A DNA stretch of 37,112 nt from Patescibacteria group bacterium (GCA_024277325.1 JAJRVN010000035.1:1-37112); one strand, 5' to 3'. Shown: positions 26,150 to 35,651, counted from the first letter of the stretch. Notes: generated by a model not told the origin, from the sequence alone. Program-made: numbers and translations.

Positions 26150-27301
26150 ATGCGCAGGCCCAAGTTTTCTTACAGCCAGAGACTACTTAGCTTATTGTCA
26201 CTTTTTAAGAATCTAGCAATTGATTTAAGGCCAATCCCTTTTAATCGAGGATGTCGCTTAGATACTGCCTTGCTATCTTTGGCTTTAGCTATTGATGGCT
26301 TTAAAGTTGACTGCTCGGACTTGGTCAACCCTAATCGTTTTTTAAATAAGCCCAAGATTAGTCGCTTAACAACATCATACCAGCAGGTAATCGATCTTAT
26401 TTTAGCCCAAAATAGACCAAAACCAACAAGCCAAGCCAAACTACTTGATGTGGAAAAAACGATTAAGAAAATTAATCAAATACTATCAAATAATGCTAGT
26501 TATACGATGAATAATAATGGGTATAGAATATCTAAAATTGTGGTCGAGGACGAACTTAATGGGATCGTTGTCTATCAACCGCCGTCGGCCTTTCGATTGC
26601 CGTTTTTGATGTCAGATGTGTTTAAAGTTTCAATAGACAATCAAATGAACTTAGGTTTAAGAGCCGCTTTTTTGTATTATGCGATTCTTTTTTGCCGACC
26701 GTTTGGCCAAGCCAATCAAATGACGGCTTTGTTTGCTACCTGGTGGCTTTTATTGTCAGAATCAAAAAATCACAAGCTACTTGTTAACCTAGGTCGAAAC
26801 TTAACCGATATGGATTTGCAGGCATATAACGCCTTTTTTAAAACAACCCAGTCAGCCAAAGATATCTGGCGCCAAGACTTGACTTTTTGGTTTGAGTTTT
26901 TTCTTCAAGCCATGATAGTTGGATCTGGTAAACCAGACAAAACCTCGGTGCCAGCAACCGTCCAGTCAAAGGCATCGCCGCCGCAACTTATCAGCCGACG
27001 GATAAAAACCAAGCCAACCGCTACCACCAAAAGACCGACTCCGGTCAAACCAAGGTCAAAACCGACAGAAACAACTGCCTTCTTGACGGACCGCCAAATT
27101 AAATTATTGCGCCTGTTTCAAAAAACCAACATGATTAAGATGGCTTATGCCAAATTTATCTTTCCCAATTTATCCGACGACACTCTCTTAAGAGAGCTGC
27201 AACGGCTGCAAAGATATGGCATTATCATTAGAAAAGGCAGGACCAAGGGTTCATACTATGTCTTAGTTGATAAATTTAAGGATATAATCTATGAAATTTA
27301 G
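26150..27301 (+). CDS. Degenerate Fic/Doc-like protein with a Pro/Thr/Lys linker and a C-terminal winged helix
   Basis: GYRISKIVV...VYQPP and CRPFGQANQMTA (compare HPFxxGNGRxxR); LTDRQ...LSDDTLLRELQRL...GRTKGSYY; ATG 26150 is 6 nt after TATAAT. Confidence 0.7.
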   Translation: MRRPKFSYSQRLLSLLSLFKNLAIDLRPIPFNRGCRLDTALLSLALAIDGFKVDCSDLVNPNRFLNKPKISRLTTSYQQVIDLILAQNRPKPTSQAKLLDVEKTIKKINQILSNNASYTMNNNGYRISKIVVEDELNGIVVYQPPSAFRLPFLMSDVFKVSIDNQMNLGLRAAFLYYAILFCRPFGQANQMTALFATWWLLLSESKNHKLLVNLGRNLTDMDLQAYNAFFKTTQSAKDIWRQDLTFWFEFFLQAMIVGSGKPDKTSVPATVQSKASPPQLISRRIKTKPTATTKRPTPVKPRSKPTETTAFLTDRQIKLLRLFQKTNMIKMAYAKFIFPNLSDDTLLRELQRLQRYGIIIRKGRTKGSYYVLVDKFKDIIYEI

Positions 27302-29093
27302 TCGTTTTGCTTTGTACTTGTCTGAGATAGAAGCTATCAGCTCTCGATTGTTGATGACTGAAAAGATCTCTGATTTGTATGCCAAGCTGAAGCCGGATGA
27401 AGCCAAGATAGCCTCTTATCTGTTCTTGGGCAAACTGGCGCCTAATTACAAAGGAGTTGAGTTTAATCTAGCCTTAAAGACGATGATAAAAATAACGGCC
27501 CAAGCTTTTTCCAAGCCGTTGGCCGAAGTCACCGCCGATTACAAGCAGATCGGCGATCTGGGCGATCTGGTTTATCAGTATCGCCTCAGCCAAAAAGGCA
27601 AACCCAGCAACTTGTCCATAACCCAAACATATCAAAAATTATGGGAAATCGCTGAGCAATCAGGCGAAGGCAGTGTCGAGAGAAAGATCTTTTTGATGGT
27701 TAAGCTATTAAGCCAAGCCGGCCCGATTGAGTCAAAATATCTAGTTAGAATCCCACTTGGCCTTATCAGATTGGGTTTTTCCGAGTTGACCTTATTGGAC
27801 GGTTTATCCTGGCTTTTGACCGGAGGCAAAACACTCAGGCCGGTTTTGGAAGCTGGCTTTAATGTGCGTTCTGACATCGGTTTGATTGTCGAGAAAGTGA
27901 TAGAAGCTTACCGGGCCGGTTTGACCACCGAACAAATAACGATGAAGGTCAGCCAGCTGAAAGCCAAGCCTGGCATACCTATTCGGCCGGCTTTAGCTTC
28001 GCGCTTAGCCAGTTTGAATTAGATAATTGACAAATTAGGTTGCCATTTTTTGGAGCCAAAATATGACGGCTTAAGAACTCAGATACATGCTTGGCAAGAT
28101 AACTCGCCAAGCGGGGACCTTTTAAACCTGACCTCTCAAATCAAGGTTAAGATTTTTTCCCGAAACCTGGAGGATATTAGTTTGATGTTTCCTGAAATAA
28201 GCGACTCGGTTAGGCAGTTGATGGCCGCTACCGGGATTAAGGGAGTTATTTTAGATGGCGAGAGCATCGCTTATGATCCAAAAACCAAAGTCTTTTTCCC
28301 CTTCCAAGAAACCATAAAGCGCAAACGCAAACATGCTATTTCGGATACCAGCCGGCGCTTGCCGGTGAAAACTTTTGTTTTTGACATTCTCTTTTACGAT
28401 GGCAGTGACTTAATCAGCCAACCATTGAAGCTTCGCCGGCAAAAGCTTAATGATTTTTTAAACCGGCCGGCCGGCTGTTTAAAACTTACCCCCCAACACA
28501 AGGTTGAATCGGTCAAGCAGATGCTAACTTGGTTTGGAAAATACATAGATGCCAACCTGGAAGGTATCATGTCAAAAAAACCTGATTCGCCTTATCGAGC
28601 CGGTTCGCGGGACTTCAGCTGGGTTAAGTTCAAACCATCGGCCTTCAATTCCATAGAAGACACATTAGACCTTTTGGTTTTAGGCTGGTATCAAGGCAAA
28701 GGCAAACGCAATCAGTTTGGTATAGGTGCTTTTTTGGTTGGAGTCTATGATAAGGCCAACGACCGATACTTAACTGTTTCCAAGATAGGCACTGGCTTGA
28801 CCGATGATCAGTGGCGCGACCTTTACCAAAGGTGCCAAAAATTGCAAACCACAGTTAAGCCAGCCAATTATCAAGTCAGCAAGGACTTGTTTTGTGACTC
28901 TTGGCTCAAGCCGTCTTTAGTGGTCGAGATTAAGGCTGATGAGATAACCAAAAGTCCTTTACATTCATCAAGTTATGCTTTAAGGTTTCCACGCTTGGTT
29001 AAGTTTAGGGATGACAAGGATCCGATTCAAGCTACAAGCCTAACCGAGCTTAAGCAGATTTTTGCCGATAGGTACAAGCGTATAAAAGCCTAA
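27291..29093 (+). CDS. lig: ATP-dependent DNA ligase (archaeal/eukaryal-type with N-terminal DNA-binding domain), interrupted by one in-frame TAG at 28020-28022
   Basis: The two track ORFs share a frame and join to 600 codons: RPALASRLASLN*IIDKLGCHFLEPKYDG, ILDGE, FVFDIL, EGIMSK, WVKFK, LRFPRLVKFRDDK. Confidence 0.9.
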
Positions 29094-29108
29094 GACTGGC
29101 TGTTATTT

Positions 29109-29399
29109 TCAAGATTTTATTGCCTTGATTTGTTTTAGCTTCCACATGAATAGTTTAGCTTTGTTTTTGACCTTATCGGCACCTTTGACAAAATAGAGAG
29201 CGTCTTCTAAGATTGGCCGCTTAATCTGCTTAGCCAGTCTGATATACAGGCTCTTGTGTTCCCAATCATCGAGTTCTTCGGCCAACTTTAAACCGTAAAG
29301 CTGGTACTCCTTAGTAATGTAACGCTGTTTGGGAATATCAAATTTCATCAGAAGTTTTCTTAAGCTAGTTGGTTTAGTTAATCTTTTGGTCGATTTCAT
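29109..29399 (-). CDS. Small basic helical hypothetical protein
   Basis: ATGA overlap with the upstream gene supports start 29399; YQLYGLKLAEELDD..HKSLYIRLAK..AKLFMWK. Confidence 0.7.
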   Translation of the reverse strand: MKSTKRLTKPTSLRKLLMKFDIPKQRYITKEYQLYGLKLAEELDDWEHKSLYIRLAKQIKRPILEDALYFVKGADKVKNKAKLFMWKLKQIKAIKS

Positions 29400-29986
29400 A
29401 TTGTTAGTAAAGTTAAGATCAAAATAAAGGCAATCCAAGCTAAGATAATGGCCCGGCTGGTTTTGGCAGGGTAATCCATATTAAGAAATAGATAGAAGCC
29501 GGATAGGCTGTTGTGATTTTTAAACTTATCAAGAAAACTGCTGGCCAAGCCGAAGCTGAAGCCGGCTAGCATGCCCTTGATGAAAAGTGAGGTTGAAGTA
29601 AAGCCAGCGAACAGATAAAGGCAAGCCCACATGACCAGAAAAACCAAGCTAAAAACTGGTGAGTTTAGGTGTTTTAACTTATGCTTGGCCGCAAAGCTGG
29701 CGGTTAAACTCCAAGCCAGCAATCGCCATAGACGGCGTTTGCTGACAGGGGCGACTGACCTTAATTGCTCAACCATGGGAGTGAAATAAAACTGCCACCG
29801 CCACAGCCAAAGGCCAATAAAAACCGCCAGGCTTAAAATCGCCATTTCCACACCAAAATCTTGCCAATTGAAAGATAGTGATCTCAGCTTGAAAAACCTA
29901 ACCAGCTGTAAAGCCAAGCTAACTCCGATAACTTGGCCGATGGCTCGGCTGATAGAAGGCAAGACAATTTTGTTATTATTCATCAA
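29396..29986 (-). CDS. Polytopic membrane protein, hypothetical
   Basis: 4-5 hydrophobic helices; overlaps the trxA stop and the next gene's start. Confidence 0.7.
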   Translation of the reverse strand: MMNNNKIVLPSISRAIGQVIGVSLALQLVRFFKLRSLSFNWQDFGVEMAILSLAVFIGLWLWRWQFYFTPMVEQLRSVAPVSKRRLWRLLAWSLTASFAAKHKLKHLNSPVFSLVFLVMWACLYLFAGFTSTSLFIKGMLAGFSFGLASSFLDKFKNHNSLSGFYLFLNMDYPAKTSRAIILAWIAFILILTLLTI

Positions 29987-30296
29987 GAGATGATAATAAT
30001 CTCAGGTAGCCAGCTTTGCCGGCAAAACCAACCATCTGATTAACCACCTGTCCGTCTTTAAACAAAACAACGGTGGGAATGCTCATAATTTGATATTGCT
30101 GGGCGGTTACTTGGTTTTCGTCCACATTTATCTTAGCTATCTTTATTTCCGGTTTTTCTTGGGCCAGTTCTTTTAAGACCGGTTCGGCCAGTCGGCATGG
30201 GGCGCACCATGGAGCAAAAAAGTCAACTAAAACAGGCTGTTGACTGTCCAAAACTTCGGTTTTAAAATTATTGTCATCAACGTTAATTACAGGCAT
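29976..30296 (-). CDS. trxA: Thioredoxin
   Basis: VLVDFFAPWCAPC, INVDEN, IMSIPT; SD TAAGGAGA at 30301-30308. Confidence 0.95.
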   Translation of the reverse strand: MPVINVDDNNFKTEVLDSQQPVLVDFFAPWCAPCRLAEPVLKELAQEKPEIKIAKINVDENQVTAQQYQIMSIPTVVLFKDGQVVNQMVGFAGKAGYLRLLSSLDE

Positions 30297-30486
30297 GTGT
30301 TCTCCTTAAATCTAAGAAATTTTTTAAATCTACCTATTAATTATACACTCATTATTTATGCTTTGGGCCAACTGTTTGGCCGGCTTCATTTTAAAAAATA
30401 AAGTTAAAACCCGAAAGTGAAAACCGGTCATTTTAACTATTCAAAGAACTTGACAACTGTTTATTTATGATGTTTACTGGATATAA

Positions 30487-30813
30487 ATGGTTAATAGTTA
30501 CTTAAAGTATGGGTTTATAATTTTGGGAGTTGTGATTGCTTTTGGCATAATTTACTTAACGGTTATTAATGTCCGTCGAGTTCAAGATCGCCAAGCTTTA
30601 GCCACTAAATTAAGCTGTCAGTATAATTGGTGCAAAGCTCAAATCAACAAAAATGGCAATTTATTTACAATCGAGATCAAATCACCTTTTGTTAAAAAAT
30701 ACACAGCGGTCAGCTTTAATACAAACCTTAACCAACATGTCCACAAAAATGTCCAAGTCAAGGGCGTGGTAAAAAATAAAACTTTCTACGTCGTTGACCT
30801 CAAAGATCTTTAA
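30487..30813 (+). CDS. Small membrane-anchored protein with a beta-rich, possibly OB-fold-like C-terminus
   Basis: N-terminal TM; LNQHVHKNVQVKG...FYVVDLK; TTGACA upstream at 30450-30455. Confidence 0.6.
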   Translation: MVNSYLKYGFIILGVVIAFGIIYLTVINVRRVQDRQALATKLSCQYNWCKAQINKNGNLFTIEIKSPFVKKYTAVSFNTNLNQHVHKNVQVKGVVKNKTFYVVDLKDL

Positions 30814-32087
30814 GAAACGGTTATAACCTCTATTTTACCAACCTGGCTGGGATGACCGGCTTTTTCAAAATTAAGGTAATTGTGGCTTAAACCGTAAAGG
30901 TGTCCTTGGCGGTGTGATTCCCACAAAATCTCAAGTTTGCGGCCAACGAAGGCTTGGCGCCAGTATTGATTCAGGCGCCGGCCGAGATCTCTTAATTTTT
31001 TAGCTCGAAGCTTGATGATTTCTGTGGCTACCGGTTTAAGTTTTAACTTATTCGCTGCCGCCATCGGTCTAGCAGAGTAGGGAAAGACATGGAGCCGACT
31101 GAACTTAACCTTCTCAACAAATTAGACTGTGTCATTAAAGTCTGATTCGGTTTCGCCGGGGAAGCCAACGACTATATCGGTTGAGATGAGAATGTCGGGC
31201 ACCGCCGACCTCAAGCGGGAGATGGTTTGCCGGAACTGTTCTCGGCTGTAACCGCGGTTCATAAGCTTTAATATCTTGTCACTTCCTGATTGAAGACTGA
31301 TATGAAGATGGGGCATAAGCCGTGGGTTATTACGAAACAGATCTATGAATGAGGGAGTGAAAGAAACCGGATTGATTGAGCCAAATCGAATTCTGGAAAC
31401 AACCGTTTTGTCTAAAATAGTCTTGGTTAAATCTTCCAAGCCTTGACTTGAGACTTGGTACCAATTATTTTGCCGGCCGTTGCCGTCTTGGCCGTAAGCG
31501 CTGATATCAACTCCGGTTAAAACCACTTCCTTAACTCCGTCTTTTTCTGCGCGCTTAATCTCGGCTACGACTTGTTGAATCGATTTTGAGGCAGGTTCTG
31601 GTCTGGTATATGGAATGATGCAGTAAGTGCAGTATCGGCGGCAGCCATCTTGTATTTTTATAAACCGCCTGACCCGAGAAATTAACTGTGCGCTATTGAC
31701 CTTGTGGTTGCTTGGCTTTGGTTTTGATAAGGTTTGACCCGGCTTGATTTTAAGAAATTGTAGTGGATGTTGATCTTTGTTGTCGTTGCCATAAATGTAA
31801 TCAATCCCCCAACTTCGCCAGTCAACCGCCTTATCTTTCAGCCAACGTTGGGCCCCACAGCCCCAAGCGACAACAACTGCTTGGGGATAAAGCTTTTTTA
31901 ACCTTCTTAATCTTTGCCGGCTTTCCTTTTCCGCTTTAGCGGTGACGGCGCAGGTGTTGACGATGATCACTTGAGGCTGGTTTTTATCATAGAGGCAGCC
32001 GGCTTGGTTAAAGACGGACTCCAGCGAAGTTAGCTCGGCTTGATTTAATCGGCAACCCAAATTGACAGTCATATATTTAAATGTCAT
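30810..32087 (-). CDS. mtaB: tRNA methylthiotransferase (MtaB-like radical SAM), interrupted by one in-frame TAA at 31122-31124
   Basis: LGCRLNQAE, NTCAVT, KIQDGCRRYCTYC, HLHISLQSGS, DIVVGFPGET; reading through gives DFNDTV*FVEKVKFSRLHVFPYSARPMAAA and joins the 30810-31064 ORF (425 codons in total). Confidence 0.9.
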
Positions 32088-32221
32088 ACATTTTTTGCCA
32101 GTATTTGCTAATGGATACTTAGATTATAGGCTATAAGTGTGTCTTTGATTAAACCGGCCATTAGTCAGCCTTGCCAAAGCGTTTTTACTTGAGTAGATAA
32201 GATAAGGTAAAATACACTCAT

Positions 32222-33133
32222 ATGAAAATCAGCCTTAAAGTTTTGTTGTTAGCTGGATTGATTTTGCCGTTTCTTATATGGGCCAAGTCCGCTTCGGCCC
32301 AAACGCCGATAGCGACAGGTTCCTTTCTAGCCAGTCCGTCAGCCAAGGGATCGGCCAGCGCCAGCGCCAGGGTCAAGGCCAGCAAACAAAAAGAAGATAT
32401 AACTCAGCCAACCAAGCCAAAAAACAAACTGGAGCAGGTCTTGGCTAAACAGGTGATCAGCCAACCAACCTGGCGTAATTTTATCCGTTACCTGGTCCAG
32501 CAATCGGTTAACCACGGAGTGCCCATAAACACATTAGTCTTGATTCTTTTGTTGCCTTTGGCCGGAGCCATCATCGCTACTTTGCGCCACATGATCGGCT
32601 TGCGGGGATTGGGTATTTTCACCCCGACGGTTTTATCCGTCGCTTTCATTTCCACAGGCATTAGCGTCGGCTTGATTATCTTTTCAACCGTGGTGATTAG
32701 CTTAACGCTGGTTCGCTTGGTCTTGAAAAAGATTAAGTTTAGGATGCAATATTTGCCAAGGATGTCTTTAATTATGATTTTTATAACTTTATCCATAATA
32801 TTTCTGTTTTATTTTTTGGCCACCAAAACTCAGATTGATATCTATACCATCTCGATCTTTCCCATCCTTATCATGATGCTTTTGGCTGAGAGCTTTATGG
32901 AGGTTCAGATAGGCCGATCACTTAGAGAAGCTATCTATCTGACCATTCAGACTTTATTGATTGCTTTGTTGGTTTATTGGGTTTTGACCATGGAATGGGT
33001 TCAGGTGTTGATGATTTCTCATACGGAGGCTGTGGTTTTGGCTACGATTTTGTGGGATATTTTTGTCGGCAAGTATGTAGGTTTGAGAGTCTTGGAGTAT
33101 TGGCGGTTTAGGCGATTAGTCAGTTCTCGATAG
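32222..33133 (+). CDS. 7TM protein of the family usually fused to an inactive transglutaminase
   Basis: Signal peptide, Ser/Ala linker, LLLPL..RHMIGLRGLGIFTP, PRMS, FPILI..AESF, GKYVGLRVLEYWRF; precedes the ATP-grasp gene. Confidence 0.8.
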   Translation: MKISLKVLLLAGLILPFLIWAKSASAQTPIATGSFLASPSAKGSASASARVKASKQKEDITQPTKPKNKLEQVLAKQVISQPTWRNFIRYLVQQSVNHGVPINTLVLILLLPLAGAIIATLRHMIGLRGLGIFTPTVLSVAFISTGISVGLIIFSTVVISLTLVRLVLKKIKFRMQYLPRMSLIMIFITLSIIFLFYFLATKTQIDIYTISIFPILIMMLLAESFMEVQIGRSLREAIYLTIQTLLIALLVYWVLTMEWVQVLMISHTEAVVLATILWDIFVGKYVGLRVLEYWRFRRLVSSR

Positions 33134-33142
33134 TTGCAGGTT

Positions 33143-34429
33143 ATGAAGTATAGCCAAATCTTAGGCTTGAATGCCAGAAATCATGTTTTTCAAGCCCATT
33201 ACAATCGCAAGTCGGCCAAGCGGATAGCCAACTCAAAGCTAAATACGAAACAGTTTTTGGCTGCCCATAACTTCCCCCACCCGAAGCTTTTGACTATCTT
33301 TCGCGATTACCGCCAAGTTCTTGATTTTAAATGGGGCGACTTGCCGTCGGCCTTTGTCTTAAAGCCGGATAAAAGTTACGGCGGTGAGGGTATTATTATT
33401 GTCACTAAAGGAGGTAAATATGCCGGCGAATGGTACACCAATAACCACCAACTAAAAAACTCAAAAGACCTTCAGTTGCACACGCTTGATATCCTTGGTG
33501 GGCTTTACTCAACCCATAACATTCCTGATATTGCTTATATAGAAGAGTATGTGCCTATACACCCTGTATTCAGGCGCTATTTAACCAAAGGAACGCCTGA
33601 TGTTGGAGTCGTCGTTTTTCAGAAAGTCCCGGTTATGGCTTTTTTAAGATTGCCGACAGCCGAGTCGGGAGGTAAGGCCAATCTCCACCAAGGCGGTATC
33701 GGCGTCGGAGTGGATCTTGGCACAGGCATAACCACTTATGCTATTTACAGGGATGAATACATAACTTACTATCCCCAGACAAGGTATAAATTAAGGGGTA
33801 TTAAGATTCCGTGGTGGGATGAAACTTTAAAACTGGCGGTTGAGATCCAAGACAAAATAAAGTTGGGCTATATGAGGGTTGATTTTGTCATCCATCCGGA
33901 AAAAGGGCCGATGATTTTGGAGGTTAACTCAAAACCGGGATTGAGCATCCAGTTGGCCAACAGAGCCGGCCTGCGCAAGCGCTTGGAGAGGATTATGGAT
34001 CTTGACATAAGAAATGTTAATCATGGCATTCAAGTGGCTAAATCCCTGTTTGCCAGCTCTCTGATGGATAAAATTCAACAAAGGTACATTGTCCACCCAG
34101 TTGAGGATGTCATGGTCATCGGCAAAAGCAAAAAAATGACGGTCAAAGCTCGTATCGACACAGGTGCTTGGCGGTCATCGATCGATCGCCAGCTGGCCGA
34201 GTCATTAGGATTGCTTGACCCCAGCAACATAATTGGTCGAAATGTTTATCGGAGCGCTTTGGGCCGTCAGGAAAGGTTGTGGATAAAGCTAAAATTTAGT
34301 CTAGCCGGCAAGTATATCAACACGATTGTGTCGGTCGCTGACCGCCAGCAGTTAAGCTATCGCTTGTTAATTGGCCGGCTTGACCTGTCAAAGTATGGTT
34401 TTTTGGTTGATCCTCGGCCCAAAACTTAA
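33143..34429 (+). CDS. Alpha-L-glutamate-ligase-like (RimK-related) ATP-grasp protein fused to a C-terminal retropepsin-like protease
   Basis: ATP-grasp: ILGLNARN, FVLKP..GGEGI, LRLPT..SGGKANLHQGGIG, GPMILEVNSKPGLSIQLANRAGL. Protease: ARIDTGA, SALG..ER, DR..LSYRLLIGR. Confidence 0.85.
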   Translation: MKYSQILGLNARNHVFQAHYNRKSAKRIANSKLNTKQFLAAHNFPHPKLLTIFRDYRQVLDFKWGDLPSAFVLKPDKSYGGEGIIIVTKGGKYAGEWYTNNHQLKNSKDLQLHTLDILGGLYSTHNIPDIAYIEEYVPIHPVFRRYLTKGTPDVGVVVFQKVPVMAFLRLPTAESGGKANLHQGGIGVGVDLGTGITTYAIYRDEYITYYPQTRYKLRGIKIPWWDETLKLAVEIQDKIKLGYMRVDFVIHPEKGPMILEVNSKPGLSIQLANRAGLRKRLERIMDLDIRNVNHGIQVAKSLFASSLMDKIQQRYIVHPVEDVMVIGKSKKMTVKARIDTGAWRSSIDRQLAESLGLLDPSNIIGRNVYRSALGRQERLWIKLKFSLAGKYINTIVSVADRQQLSYRLLIGRLDLSKYGFLVDPRPKT

Positions 34430-34497
34430 AAAATACAAGAAAAACCAACATCCGGCAAATAATTTTAATAGCCATCGTTTAACGTATAATAATTCTT

Positions 34498-35577
34498 ATG
34501 ATGAAGGTGGCGGTTGGTTTGTCCGGAGGAGTTGACTCGGCGGTCGCGGCCTTTGCCTTAAAGCAACAAGGCTATGATGTGGTTGGTATTTATCTGTCAG
34601 CTTGGTGCAATGATCGATCGTTGATTGACCAAGAGATGGCCAACCAAGTGGCCGAGTTTTTAAAGATCAAATTTAAAGTTCTGGACATAAAAAAGGACTA
34701 TGAATCGTATGTCATAGATTATTTTTACCAACAGTATCGCAAGGGCAGAGTGCCATCACCCGATGTTATCTGCAATCGCGATATTAAGTTTGGCTTGTTT
34801 TTGGATTGGGCGATGAAAGCCGGTTTTGACAAAATAGCCACCGGCCACTACGCTAAGTTACAACCAGGCCCGAACCGTCGTTTGGCCGTGTACCGACCAA
34901 AGGACAAAGCCAAAGACCAAACCTATTTTCTCTTTCAGCTAAGTCAATCAAACCTAAACAAAATTATTTGGCCATTGTCAGCCTTAACCAAAAAACAGGT
35001 CAGATTGATTGCTAACGAACATAATTTTCCCAATAAAGACAAACCGGAATCTATGGGTATCTGCTTTATAGGAGAGATTAACTTGGTCGATTTTTTAAAG
35101 CAAAGAATCAGGCCTAAACAAGGTCCGGTGGTGTCCACGGCCGGTCGGGTTGTCGGCGAACATAAAGGGGTTTGGTTTTACAGTTTGGGCCAAAGGCATG
35201 GGTTTAACATAACCAAGCCTGGCTTGTTGCCGCCAAAGGCGTTTGGTCCCAAGGGGTTAAAACCCCTATACGTTATCGGCAAGGAGACTAAAAAGAATAA
35301 GTTGGTGGTTTCAGACAAGTCGGACTGCTTTATTCAACAATTAGAGTTATCTGATGTTACTACCATCTGGCCGGATGAACCGCTAGAGGATAAAACTTTA
35401 TTTGTCAGATTAACCAACCTGGGGCCGTTGTTGGAAGGGAAGATCAAAAAAACTAAAAATTTTCACTTAGTTGCATTAACCAAGCCAACCTTGATCACCT
35501 CGCCCGGCCAACCGGCGGTTTTTTATGATAAAACCGACAGATTGATCGGTGGTGGGATTATAGAAGCGGTCAGTTAA
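34498..35577 (+). CDS. mnmA: tRNA U34 2-thiouridylase
   Basis: GLSGGVDS, PSPDVICNRDIKF, ATGHYA, KDQTYFL, ESMGICF, PGQPAVFY; TATAAT 7 nt upstream. Confidence 0.96.
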   Translation: MMKVAVGLSGGVDSAVAAFALKQQGYDVVGIYLSAWCNDRSLIDQEMANQVAEFLKIKFKVLDIKKDYESYVIDYFYQQYRKGRVPSPDVICNRDIKFGLFLDWAMKAGFDKIATGHYAKLQPGPNRRLAVYRPKDKAKDQTYFLFQLSQSNLNKIIWPLSALTKKQVRLIANEHNFPNKDKPESMGICFIGEINLVDFLKQRIRPKQGPVVSTAGRVVGEHKGVWFYSLGQRHGFNITKPGLLPPKAFGPKGLKPLYVIGKETKKNKLVVSDKSDCFIQQLELSDVTTIWPDEPLEDKTLFVRLTNLGPLLEGKIKKTKNFHLVALTKPTLITSPGQPAVFYDKTDRLIGGGIIEAVS

Positions 35578-35606
35578 GCTAATAGTTCTTGTTCGCATGA
35601 CGATTA

Positions 35607-35650
35607 TTGACAATTGATAACAGGTTCTTTATTCTTAAACTAAGAGGTGG
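35607..35650 (+). promoter_or_regulatory. Sigma70 promoter and SD for the glycoside hydrolase gene
   Basis: TTGACA (35607-35612), 17 bp, TATTCT (35630-35635); AAGAGGTGG before ATG 35652. Confidence 0.7.
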
Positions 35651-35651
35651 T

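Noticed and set aside
28020-28022. Pyrrolysine insertion at the ligase TAG
   Set aside because: No pylTSBCD in the window and no convincing downstream structure; it would not explain the TAA in mtaB
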